Virus record (IMG/VR): IMGVR_UViG_3300029258_002750
Location: 1-64,000 of that record
DNA length: 64,000 bases
Direction: 5' to 3' (one strand)
The position numbers were made by a program, and so were the translations under genes. Below the pieces are notes generated by a model. The model did no database searches. It worked only from the letters and a program-made list of their open reading frames with translations, and had not been told where the DNA came from. Positions 15,383 to 22,128 of this stretch are shown here, in pieces (positions within the stretch are counted from its first letter, which is position 1; each line of letters begins with the position of its first letter).

Positions 15383-15624
15383 AGGTTCTTCTCGCGCTCG
15401 CGCGCTCGAATGATCGCAAGCTCGACCTTGCGCTCGCGGGCGGTCTTCTTCCCGCGCTTCTTCGCCAGGCACGTGTAGCAGTGCCTCGGCGGTTGGTGGC
15501 CGCTCCGCGCGGCCCGTTCGATGTGCTTCAGCTTGATCGGCCGATCGCACGCCCTGCATCGTCGGCCGCTCTCTTCAGCGAAGTGCGGCCAGTGGTAGTC
15601 CTTCTCTCGCTTGTTGGTGGCGAT
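15373..15624 (-). CDS. small basic CxxC/CxxC protein with apparent ATC start
   Basis: AGGAGG-act-ATC then ATNKREKDYHWPHF..CRAC..CYTC..; 83 aa; absent from ORF track because of its start codon. Confidence 0.55.
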   Translation of the reverse strand: MATNKREKDYHWPHFAEESGRRCRACDRPIKLKHIERAARSGHQPPRHCYTCLAKKRGKKTARERKVELAIIRAREREKNLAP

Positions 15625-15643
15625 AGTCCTCCTGGCTGGCGGA

Positions 15644-15716
15644 TAGCGTCGCCCGGATTCGAATCGGGATCCTCACAGGTTATGAGCCTGGCGAGCTACC
15701 GTTGCTCTACGACGCG
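15644..15716 (-). tRNA. tRNA-fMet-like(CAT) #2, canonical elbow
   Basis: C1/T72 mismatch, GAGC/GCTC D stem with GG, T-loop TTCGAAT. Confidence 0.85.
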
Positions 15717-15717
15717 A

Positions 15718-15791
15718 CGGCCCCCCTGGGATTTGCACCCAGAAACCTCCGGTTCCAGAGACCGGCGCTCTACTGATTGAGCTAGGGGGCT
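15718..15791 (-). tRNA. tRNA-Gln(CTG)
   Basis: CCGGT-CTCTGGA-ACCGG; T-loop TGCAAAT. Confidence 0.9.
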
Positions 15792-15795
15792 AGGC

Positions 15796-15860
15796 GCCCG
15801 ACGTTGGTGGTTGCCGTGTCGAGCACATGTTGGAGATGTAGACACAGCTGGCATTCGGAC
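15796..15860 (-). ncRNA. short Y-like RNA
   Basis: GTCCGA-ATGCC...CTACATC...CCAACG-TCGGGC. Confidence 0.6.
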
Positions 15861-15862
15861 GA

Positions 15863-15934
15863 CAGGCCGCCTGGGAATCGCACCCAGCAGACGGCAGGTT
15901 TTGGAGACCCGCCCGCGTACCTAGCGCGCGACCT
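15863..15934 (-). tRNA. tRNA-Trp(CCA)
   Basis: Loop CTCCAAA, G73; T-loop TGCGATT. Confidence 0.85.
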
Positions 15935-15937
15935 AGA

Positions 15938-16009
15938 AGTGCCGCCCCGGAGTTGCACCGGGCTCTTCGGTGTTGCAGACCGACGGATGAACTGATCTCC
16001 CTGCGGCAC
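15938..16009 (-). tRNA. tRNA-Cys(GCA)
   Basis: TCGGT-CTGCAAC-ACCGA; U73; T-loop TGCAACT. Confidence 0.85.
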
Positions 16010-16010
16010 G

Positions 16011-16085
16011 TGGCTTACCCCCTGGGATTCGCACCCAGAACATCCTGGTTAACAGCCAGGCACTCTACTATTGAGCTAGGGGTAA
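16011..16085 (-). tRNA. tRNA-Asn(GTT), encoded CCA
   Basis: CCTGG-CTGTTAA-CCAGG; T-loop TGCGAAT. Confidence 0.9.
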
Positions 16086-16157
16086 CTCAGCCCCTCGGAT
16101 TTGCACCGAGACCTCCTCCGGTAACAGCGGAGCGCTCTACTACTAAGCTAGGACTGA
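16086..16157 (-). tRNA. tRNA-Asn(GTT) #2
   Basis: CTCCG-CTGTTAC-CGGAG; G73; T-loop TGCAAAT. Confidence 0.85.
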
Positions 16158-16229
16158 TGACCCGGACGGGAATCGCACCCGCACTCTTCGGCGTGAGAGA
16201 CCGACGTGTTTCTGTTACACCACCGGGCC
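16158..16229 (-). tRNA. tRNA-Glu(CTC)
   Basis: TCGGT-CTCTCAC-GCCGA; T-loop TGCGATT. Confidence 0.9.
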
Positions 16230-16232
16230 AGA

Positions 16233-16304
16233 TGGGCCTGCTCGGATTTGCACCGAGAACATCCTGGTTAAGAGCCAGGCGTGATCCTGTTTCACCACAG
16301 ACCC
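16233..16304 (-). tRNA. tRNA-Lys(CTT)
   Basis: CCTGG-CTCTTAA-CCAGG; T-loop TGCAAAT. Confidence 0.9.
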
Positions 16305-16308
16305 AAGC

Positions 16309-16380
16309 GGGGAGATTCGGGAGTTGCACCCTCATTCACCGGCACGTGCTGCCGCTCGTGACGGATACCTGCTCGGTCCC
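16309..16380 (-). pseudogene. degenerate tRNA remnant
   Basis: T-loop TGCAACT and CGGCA/TGCCG hairpin with 5-nt loop; acceptor stem broken. Confidence 0.4.
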
Positions 16381-16385
16381 CAAGA

Positions 16386-16460
16386 CGGCCGCGACGGGAT
16401 TCGCACCCGCGATCTCCACCGTGACAGGGTGGCATGTTGACTTGGCTACACCACGCGACC
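16386..16460 (-). tRNA. tRNA-Asp(GTC)
   Basis: CCACC-CTGTCAC-GGTGG; G73; T-loop TGCGAAT. Confidence 0.9.
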
Positions 16461-16465
16461 AGGTT

Positions 16466-16603
16466 GACGTCCGAGTGAGGGAACCGCGAGTAGGTGCTCT
16501 TCCACTTGAGCTAGTTCGCCCCGAGTGGCGAACCCTGGAGTCGAACCAGGAACATCCCGCTGATGAAGCGAAAGTGCGTGTAGGATTCTCTCGGCCGGAC
16601 GCC
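16466..16603 (-). ncRNA. YrlA-type Y RNA #3 (circularly permuted tRNA mimic)
   Basis: GGCGTCCG/CGGACGTC closing stem; T arm CCTGG-TTCGACT-CCAGG; looped acceptor GTTCGCC-ACTCGG-GGCGAAC; D arm GCTCAAGTGGAAGAGC. Confidence 0.8.
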
Positions 16604-16605
16604 GA

Positions 16606-16677
16606 TGGGACCCCTCGGAATTGCACCGAGACCTTCCGGTTTTCAGCCGGGTGCTCTACTGGTTGAGCTAAGGCCCC
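16606..16677 (-). tRNA. tRNA-Phe(GAA)
   Basis: Loop CTGAAAA; D arm GCTCAACCAGTAGAGC; T-loop TGCAATT. Confidence 0.9.
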
Positions 16678-16686
16678 AAGACAGCG

Positions 16687-16701
16687 AGTTGTCAATGAGC
16701 A
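16687..16701 (-). promoter_or_regulatory. boxA-like site TGCTCATTGACAACT in tRNA-array leader
   Basis: Matches 9316-9329 copy except for one base. Confidence 0.5.
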
Positions 16702-16811
16702 GTGCGTTGACGCGCCGATCCGACTAGCTAGGTCAGGGGCAACGCCCTCGTCTTGTGCTTCCCTGGACTGAGGAGGCCGCGATTCCTTTCCACGATTCTC
16801 CTTTTGTCCTA

Positions 16812-16879
16812 AGCCCTTGCTCGGAGTCGCACCGAGACTCGCGGAGTACAAGACCGCGATCCGTCTCACGGACAAGGGC
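16812..16879 (-). tRNA. tRNA-Thr(TGT), short D arm
   Basis: GCCCTTG/CAAGGGC-T; loop CTTGTAC; T-loop TGCGACT. Confidence 0.75.
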
Positions 16880-16892
16880 GGGTGTCGGTCCG

Positions 16893-17108
16893 CTACCCGG
16901 CGGGCCGAAGGCGCGCGGTGCGCGACCGAGAACCTCGGTCGGCGCGCCTACGCGCCGCTTGTATTCTCGGGATGATCCGTGTCGAGAAGTTCGTGCGTTC
17001 CTGAAGCGATACGGCCTCCGAGCGCGTCATCGGTGACGTGACGCACTGGATGTTGCCCGCGTCGTCCACGCGGGCCAGACACACGGTCTTCGGCTCGCGG
17101 CGCTTCAT
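16893..17108 (-). CDS. hypothetical protein
   Basis: 71-aa ORF between Ro60 operon and array. Confidence 0.45.
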   Translation of the reverse strand: MKRREPKTVCLARVDDAGNIQCVTSPMTRSEAVSLQERTNFSTRIIPRIQAARRRADRGSRSRTARLRPAG

Positions 17109-17149
17109 CGTTCTCGTTCGTGCTGCGGATGCAGATCACGCCTCTAATC

Positions 17150-17335
17150 CTAGAGCACGTCTTCCGCTTGTCCAGACGTTTCTCGAAGCCCGCGCCTGGC
17201 GGCCCTTCGATCGAGCTTGTGGAACCGACGCCGGGCGGCGCGCTTCGCTCGACGGGTCTCCCGCCGCAGCTCGCGGTCCCTCTCCAGCTGACGCCAGTAG
17301 GGCTTCCACCCTCTGCTGTCCGGCGTCGGTTCCAC
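17150..17335 (-). CDS. small Arg-rich protein
   Basis: 61 aa directly after the Ro60 stop, GGAGG SD. Confidence 0.55.
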   Translation of the reverse strand: MEPTPDSRGWKPYWRQLERDRELRRETRRAKRAARRRFHKLDRRAARRGLRETSGQAEDVL

Positions 17336-17339
17336 TCGC

Positions 17340-19016
17340 TTACGCCTCCGGCTGCTCGAGGCTAATCGCCTCGATCTCTGCGACCCAGGCGTCCACGTCG
17401 TGCGTGTCGCCCCGGGCGAACCGATCGACCGTGCTCCAGATCGCGTCCGAGAACCCGCCGATGTTGAGGATCTCGTCGGGCGCGCTCGGCGCCTGGGTGG
17501 TCGTGTTCGGCGAGATGTCGATGCAGACCATCCGCGCCCCGCCCGCCTTCTTATGGAGCTGGCGGAACTCGGACATGAGCTGGGTCCCTCGCCCGTAGCG
17601 CAGGCTCCCGCGCGAGTCGACCCACGACTCGTTGTCGCTGACGATGACCACGAGCTTGAACTCGTGCGCCCTCTTCAGGCCGTTCAGGTGACGGAGGGCC
17701 AGCGAGAGGTTGGTCCCGCCGCCGCCCATCTGACCCAGCTTGATGGCGTTCGTCATGACCGTGTCGCGGGGGTTGATGAGCCGCGTGCTGTGGACGCTGG
17801 TGTCCACGGGAATCGCGATCGAGCCCTTGTTCCGCCGAAGCACGGTGGCCGCCATGAGACCAGCCACATCCACGCAGCGGACCTTGGTCGTCGAGCCCTT
17901 CCGCACGCCCGTGACCGGGCTGTGCATCGAGCCGCTGACGTCCACGATCACGGCCGTGGGCACACCGAAGCTGGGGACACTCTCGGTCGCGACCTCCATC
18001 GCGTCCTGAAGGGAGTCCCTGACCTCGAAGGGCAGGTCGATGGGCTCCGGCGCGCCGCTCTCCATCGCGTAGCGACGGTAGTACTGCGCGTACCGCTCGT
18101 AGATCGGGTCTGGGTGCTTGCCCGAGTTCAGGTACGCGACGAGCAGCTGGTAGGGGAAGACCCGGGCCTTCGCCAGCTCCTCGCGGTCGGCGATCCGAGC
18201 TGCGACCAGCTCGGCAATGCCGGGCTCGTCGAAGACGCTGTGGCGCGCTGCCGTGTTGAGGTTCTTGATTGTGAACTGGTAGCCGCCGTTGCGGACGATC
18301 TGCGCCCAGTGGTGCGGCTTGAGGGGCAGCGAGGTGAGCTGCCGGAAGTCGACGTCAGGGACCTCGGCCGACTCGCCGCGCTTGAACGCCTCGTAGTGCT
18401 GGACGATGCCGGGGAGCTTCGCCGCGTCGTGCTCGCGACCGAGGATGTAGCCGATGAGGGCCTTCTGCTCCTCGTCGACCGCCTTCGGGTGGGCGAGCCG
18501 GATGACGTCGGCCAGGCTCGGGTTCTTCCCAACCGTCGCGCGGAAGAGCGCGCGGGCCGACCGCTGCCGGATCCACTTGTTGACGAGCCGCTTGAGGCCC
18601 GACCCCATCGACTTCCGGCCGAGGACGCCGGACCGGACCATCTGGACCAGGTTGCGGACCATCTTGCCGTTGTCGATGACGCGGGTGAAGACCAGGTCGC
18701 ACAGGCGCGGGTCGGCCTTCGACAGCATGACCATAAGAGCCGCAGGCATGTCCTTCATCCCGCCCTTCTGGCGCGCGTAGACCGCGCACTTGGCGAGGAA
18801 GACGGGCTCGACCTGGTCGGCCGCCTGGCGAATGCCCTCGAGCTGGTCGACGGGGGAGGTGTAGTAGGTCGGGTTGAACGTGCCGGTGCACGCCAGCTGC
18901 GCGAGCGCGTGCTTCGGCCCAAACTGGTAGGCCGTGCCTCCGGCCTTGTTCGTGGTGTCGGTTGCGGGAACCGAGCGCCCTGCGGACGCACTCTGGAAGA
19001 CGGCCTTGTTCGCCAC
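17340..19016 (-). CDS. Ro60/TROVE-domain RNA-binding protein (Rsr-like)
   Basis: N.AGG.AY...PKHALAQLACTGTF..TYY; SLADVIRLAHPK; ARVFPYQLLVAY; VWA DVSGSM, GGGTNLS, IVSDNESW; LNIGGFSD. Confidence 0.95.
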   Translation of the reverse strand: MANKAVFQSASAGRSVPATDTTNKAGGTAYQFGPKHALAQLACTGTFNPTYYTSPVDQLEGIRQAADQVEPVFLAKCAVYARQKGGMKDMPAALMVMLSKADPRLCDLVFTRVIDNGKMVRNLVQMVRSGVLGRKSMGSGLKRLVNKWIRQRSARALFRATVGKNPSLADVIRLAHPKAVDEEQKALIGYILGREHDAAKLPGIVQHYEAFKRGESAEVPDVDFRQLTSLPLKPHHWAQIVRNGGYQFTIKNLNTAARHSVFDEPGIAELVAARIADREELAKARVFPYQLLVAYLNSGKHPDPIYERYAQYYRRYAMESGAPEPIDLPFEVRDSLQDAMEVATESVPSFGVPTAVIVDVSGSMHSPVTGVRKGSTTKVRCVDVAGLMAATVLRRNKGSIAIPVDTSVHSTRLINPRDTVMTNAIKLGQMGGGGTNLSLALRHLNGLKRAHEFKLVVIVSDNESWVDSRGSLRYGRGTQLMSEFRQLHKKAGGARMVCIDISPNTTTQAPSAPDEILNIGGFSDAIWSTVDRFARGDTHDVDAWVAEIEAISLEQPEA

Positions 19017-19095
19017 GTGACCCCTCCGCGTGGTTCAAGGGTGGTTTGTTCCGGTGACTAGGACGCGGCTCTCCCGCATCGCCTGTCAGCCGAAT

Positions 19096-19407
19096 CTAGG
19101 ATTTCGCGAGTCTCCCCATCTCTGACACAGCGTCGGTGAGTGCAAGCCTCGCCAAGCGGACCGCCTCATCGAGCGTGTCGAACCGACAGCGCTCCAGGAA
19201 GGCGTCGTCGCGGCTCGACGGCATGGGCTCGTACTCCCACTTACCGACGCAGTTCAGGCAGCGTGATCCGCAGATCACCTTCCACTTGATGCTGCCGTCG
19301 ATCTGACCCATGCGATTCACCGTCACGCGGCGAAGCTCGTCGAGCTTGGCGATCTCGTACTCGGTCGCGATCGGCTCGTCGTGGATGGTGATGCCACCGT
19401 GGATCAT
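19096..19407 (-). CDS. hypothetical protein
   Basis: 103 aa; WEYEPMPSSRDDAFLERCRF motif typical of small phage proteins. Confidence 0.65.
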   Translation of the reverse strand: MIHGGITIHDEPIATEYEIAKLDELRRVTVNRMGQIDGSIKWKVICGSRCLNCVGKWEYEPMPSSRDDAFLERCRFDTLDEAVRLARLALTDAVSEMGRLAKS

Positions 19408-19712
19408 GTCCTGGTCTCCTCTTCACGTTTTACCCAGGACTCGTTCGACGTCCTGTGCGCAGAAGACTGGGCAACCACCGGCCACTCGATGTCTTCACTG
19501 ATCGCGTTCGCCAGGAGGGTCACGACGTCGTCGGGCTCCTCGAGATCCGATGCCCAGCACGACCCAGCGTGATTGTCAACCGTCTTCCACTGGTACCGCA
19601 TCACGATCACGTGCTCGTTGAAGAACGGAACCGAGCCGGTGATGCGCACCCGGTGGCGCTCCCGGTGGTGTCGGAGGATGTAGGTACCGCCGATCTTAGG
19701 CTGGATCTTCAT
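19404..19712 (-). CDS. hypothetical protein
   Basis: Coupled ORF; DDVVTLLANAI variant tag. Confidence 0.55.
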   Translation of the reverse strand: MKIQPKIGGTYILRHHRERHRVRITGSVPFFNEHVIVMRYQWKTVDNHAGSCWASDLEEPDDVVTLLANAISEDIEWPVVAQSSAHRTSNESWVKREEETRT

Positions 19713-20004
19713 CGTCCAGCTCCCCCAGCGACACGATGGCCGACCGCTCTTGCACCCACGCGGCGAAAACCACGCTCACCAGTTCGGGGAGGTCGGGGCC
19801 GGTCGCCTGCGCGAAGTAGCCGATGTGATCGATACGCGCGCCTGCGGGAGGTACGGGTTTGTCGCGTATCGACTCCGGTCCCCAGTGGCGTAGTTTGCGG
19901 TGGCCGTCCCCGGTCGAGACAGTCACCACGTAGTCGCCGTCCTCGCGGAAGCAGACGGTCGCGTTCATCCGCTCGAGTCGTCGAATCGTCTTGTCGTCGA
20001 TCAT
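19696..20004 (-). CDS. hypothetical protein with SAIVSLGEL tag
   Basis: ATG at 20004 overlapping upstream stop. Confidence 0.6.
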   Translation of the reverse strand: MIDDKTIRRLERMNATVCFREDGDYVVTVSTGDGHRKLRHWGPESIRDKPVPPAGARIDHIGYFAQATGPDLPELVSVVFAAWVQERSAIVSLGELDDEDPA

Positions 20005-20327
20005 CGCGCCAGGTCTGCCAGCTGATCGATCGCCGAGGGCTCGGTCAGCGCTGACGCCCAGACGCGGACCCGAGCTTCCGTCTGTGCGCCAAACTCGATC
20101 GAGCCGTTGCCAGCGATACCGTTCAGAGTGAGCGTCTCGCCATCTCGGAGGAGGGTCGGTCCCACGCCGCCCTGGCCGCCAATTCTCGCGACAACATCGC
20201 CGCCCTCGGCCGCGAGCATGAGCAGGTCCGTCGAGATGTGGTTCGGGATGCACCGGACGATCGACTGGCACTCCGGTACGACGACCTCCTCGTAGAACTC
20301 GACGCGGATGTGGGGCAGCTCAGGCAC
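20001..20327 (-). CDS. hypothetical protein with C-terminal SAIDQLADLA tag
   Basis: 108 aa, coupled ORF. Confidence 0.65.
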   Translation of the reverse strand: MPELPHIRVEFYEEVVVPECQSIVRCIPNHISTDLLMLAAEGGDVVARIGGQGGVGPTLLRDGETLTLNGIAGNGSIEFGAQTEARVRVWASALTEPSAIDQLADLAR

Positions 20328-20541
20328 GGGGCTTCCCCCACACCGCGATGTCGGCCAGGCGGTCGACCACCGAGGCGGGCCGCAGATCGTAGCCGTCTGG
20401 GGAGACGTAGCGGTTCGGGTGCCCGTGCCAGCAGACCTCGACGACCGGCCGGGGAACCCGGAGGCCGCTGTCGTCCTTCACGAGCCGCCCGACGCGGCGT
20501 TCGCCCTCGACCCTGACCAGAACCCACTCCGGCTGCTCCAT
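20320..20541 (-). CDS. small SH3-like protein with SVVDRLADIA tag; leaderless
   Basis: GGGTAGAAC (20548-20556) then 6 nt then ATG. Confidence 0.6.
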   Translation of the reverse strand: MEQPEWVLVRVEGERRVGRLVKDDSGLRVPRPVVEVCWHGHPNRYVSPDGYDLRPASVVDRLADIAVWGKPRA

Positions 20542-20671
20542 ACCCACGTTCTACCCCGGTTTTTCTCGGGCCGTAACCAGCCGCAACCGGGCTAGTTGCG
20601 ACCGAGTGATGCACATCCCTGTGAGAACGAGAGGCGGTGTTGTTGGGAGAGGCAGAAGGAGTCAACGGAAC

Positions 20672-22105
20672 ATGCAGAAGTCGATCAAGGTCAAGGGAAA
20701 CACGGTCACCCGCTCGGACGTGCTCGCTGCTATGGCGGAGTGCGACGAGATGGGCGAGACCGCGTTCCTGCGCCACTACGGCTTCGGCCGCAGCCAGAAG
20801 TTCTGGCTGCGCGGCAACAAGACTCACCGGCCCTACCCCAGCAAGGCGATCCTGGCGGTGGCCGCGCGCTGCACCAAGGTCCACGGCTACAAGGGCCAGT
20901 TCTTCGGCGGCGTGGCCCACACGGTCGCCCAGCTCCGCCAGCTCGGTTTCGAGTTCAGGATCGGCAGCCAGCCGGTCCGCACGATCGGGATCGACGAGCT
21001 GCGCAAGCAGGCGATCGAACTGGACCCCGAGTTCGCGATCGTACCCGAGTGGGAGAAGCTCTCGACGACCGGCGTAACGCCGGTCGCCGTCTTCGCTTCC
21101 GGCACCAACACCGCCAAGACGATCCGGGGGATGGCCGCCGTTCGGATGGACGTGGGTGTCGCCGCTCCGCATATCAGCCGGGTCTGCGCTGACTGCAAGA
21201 AGCTCAAGGGCAAGAAGAAGGTCGTCGCCTGCTCGCACAGCAACGAGGCCGCCCTCAAGGCGCTCAAGGGCACAGACGTCTGCGTCTTCTGCGACAGCGG
21301 CGCTTTCAGCGAGGTGGTCTTCGAGACGCTCTGCAAGGGCAAGGGCTCGCAGAACCAGACGCCCAAGTGGAAGAAGGGCTCGCACAAGTACCCGAAGGGC
21401 TCGAAGCACTGCAAGTTCTGCGGCAAGCACAAGGACGAGAACGCGAGCGGTCCCCGCGTCGTGAAGCCGATCACGGACGCCAAGTGGCAGGAGATCCTCG
21501 ACCTCTACGAGCGGCTGGGCAACGCGCTCGGCGAGCAGCTCTGGGTGGTCGCGCCGGACCAGGTCGGATCGCAGGAGGTGACCCTGGAGCGGCTGGCTCG
21601 CTACAGCAATCGCCTCCAGACGATCGCCGATACCGGCGCGATCGTGATGGTTGTCGCACAGAAGGGCAAGCTCTCGCAGGCCAAGTTCTTCAAGGCCGCC
21701 CTGAAGGCCGCTGGCCTGAATGGTCGCTCAAACGTCGTCAGCGCCCTCCCCTGCAAGAAGGCCGCGACCTCGGCTGGCGAGCTGAAGACCTTCGTCGAGA
21801 CGCTCAAGCCCGAACACGTCCACTGCCTGGGCCTCGGGCCGACCAACCCGCAGGTCGCCAGCTACCTCGACGCCTTCGAGGGGAAGAGCACCACGGTCAG
21901 CCTCGATTCCTGCTGGATCGCGGCCAACACCGGCAAGCAGGGCAAGGGCCGCCCCTACACCAACGCGCAGGCGGTCGCGGGCGAGGTTCTCGCGCCCCTC
22001 GGCAAGGGCGACGATCTGGAGCTGAAGCTCGAGCTGGCCCTCCTCCTCTGCCTCGGCGCCCCCCTCCCGGTCGTCCAGCACGTCGCCGAGGCGAAGGCCG
22101 CCTAA
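20672..22105 (+). CDS. ScoMcrA-head-like N-terminal domain fused to TGT/DpdA-like TIM-barrel
   Basis: VTRSDVLAAMAECD..G..AFL..YGF....Y.SKAI head; VFCDSGAFS, VAPDQVG, HCLGLG, SLDS motifs; AGGAG SD. Confidence 0.55.
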   Translation: MQKSIKVKGNTVTRSDVLAAMAECDEMGETAFLRHYGFGRSQKFWLRGNKTHRPYPSKAILAVAARCTKVHGYKGQFFGGVAHTVAQLRQLGFEFRIGSQPVRTIGIDELRKQAIELDPEFAIVPEWEKLSTTGVTPVAVFASGTNTAKTIRGMAAVRMDVGVAAPHISRVCADCKKLKGKKKVVACSHSNEAALKALKGTDVCVFCDSGAFSEVVFETLCKGKGSQNQTPKWKKGSHKYPKGSKHCKFCGKHKDENASGPRVVKPITDAKWQEILDLYERLGNALGEQLWVVAPDQVGSQEVTLERLARYSNRLQTIADTGAIVMVVAQKGKLSQAKFFKAALKAAGLNGRSNVVSALPCKKAATSAGELKTFVETLKPEHVHCLGLGPTNPQVASYLDAFEGKSTTVSLDSCWIAANTGKQGKGRPYTNAQAVAGEVLAPLGKGDDLELKLELALLLCLGAPLPVVQHVAEAKAA

Positions 22106-22128
22106 GCGGCAAGGGTAGAATCGAGCCT

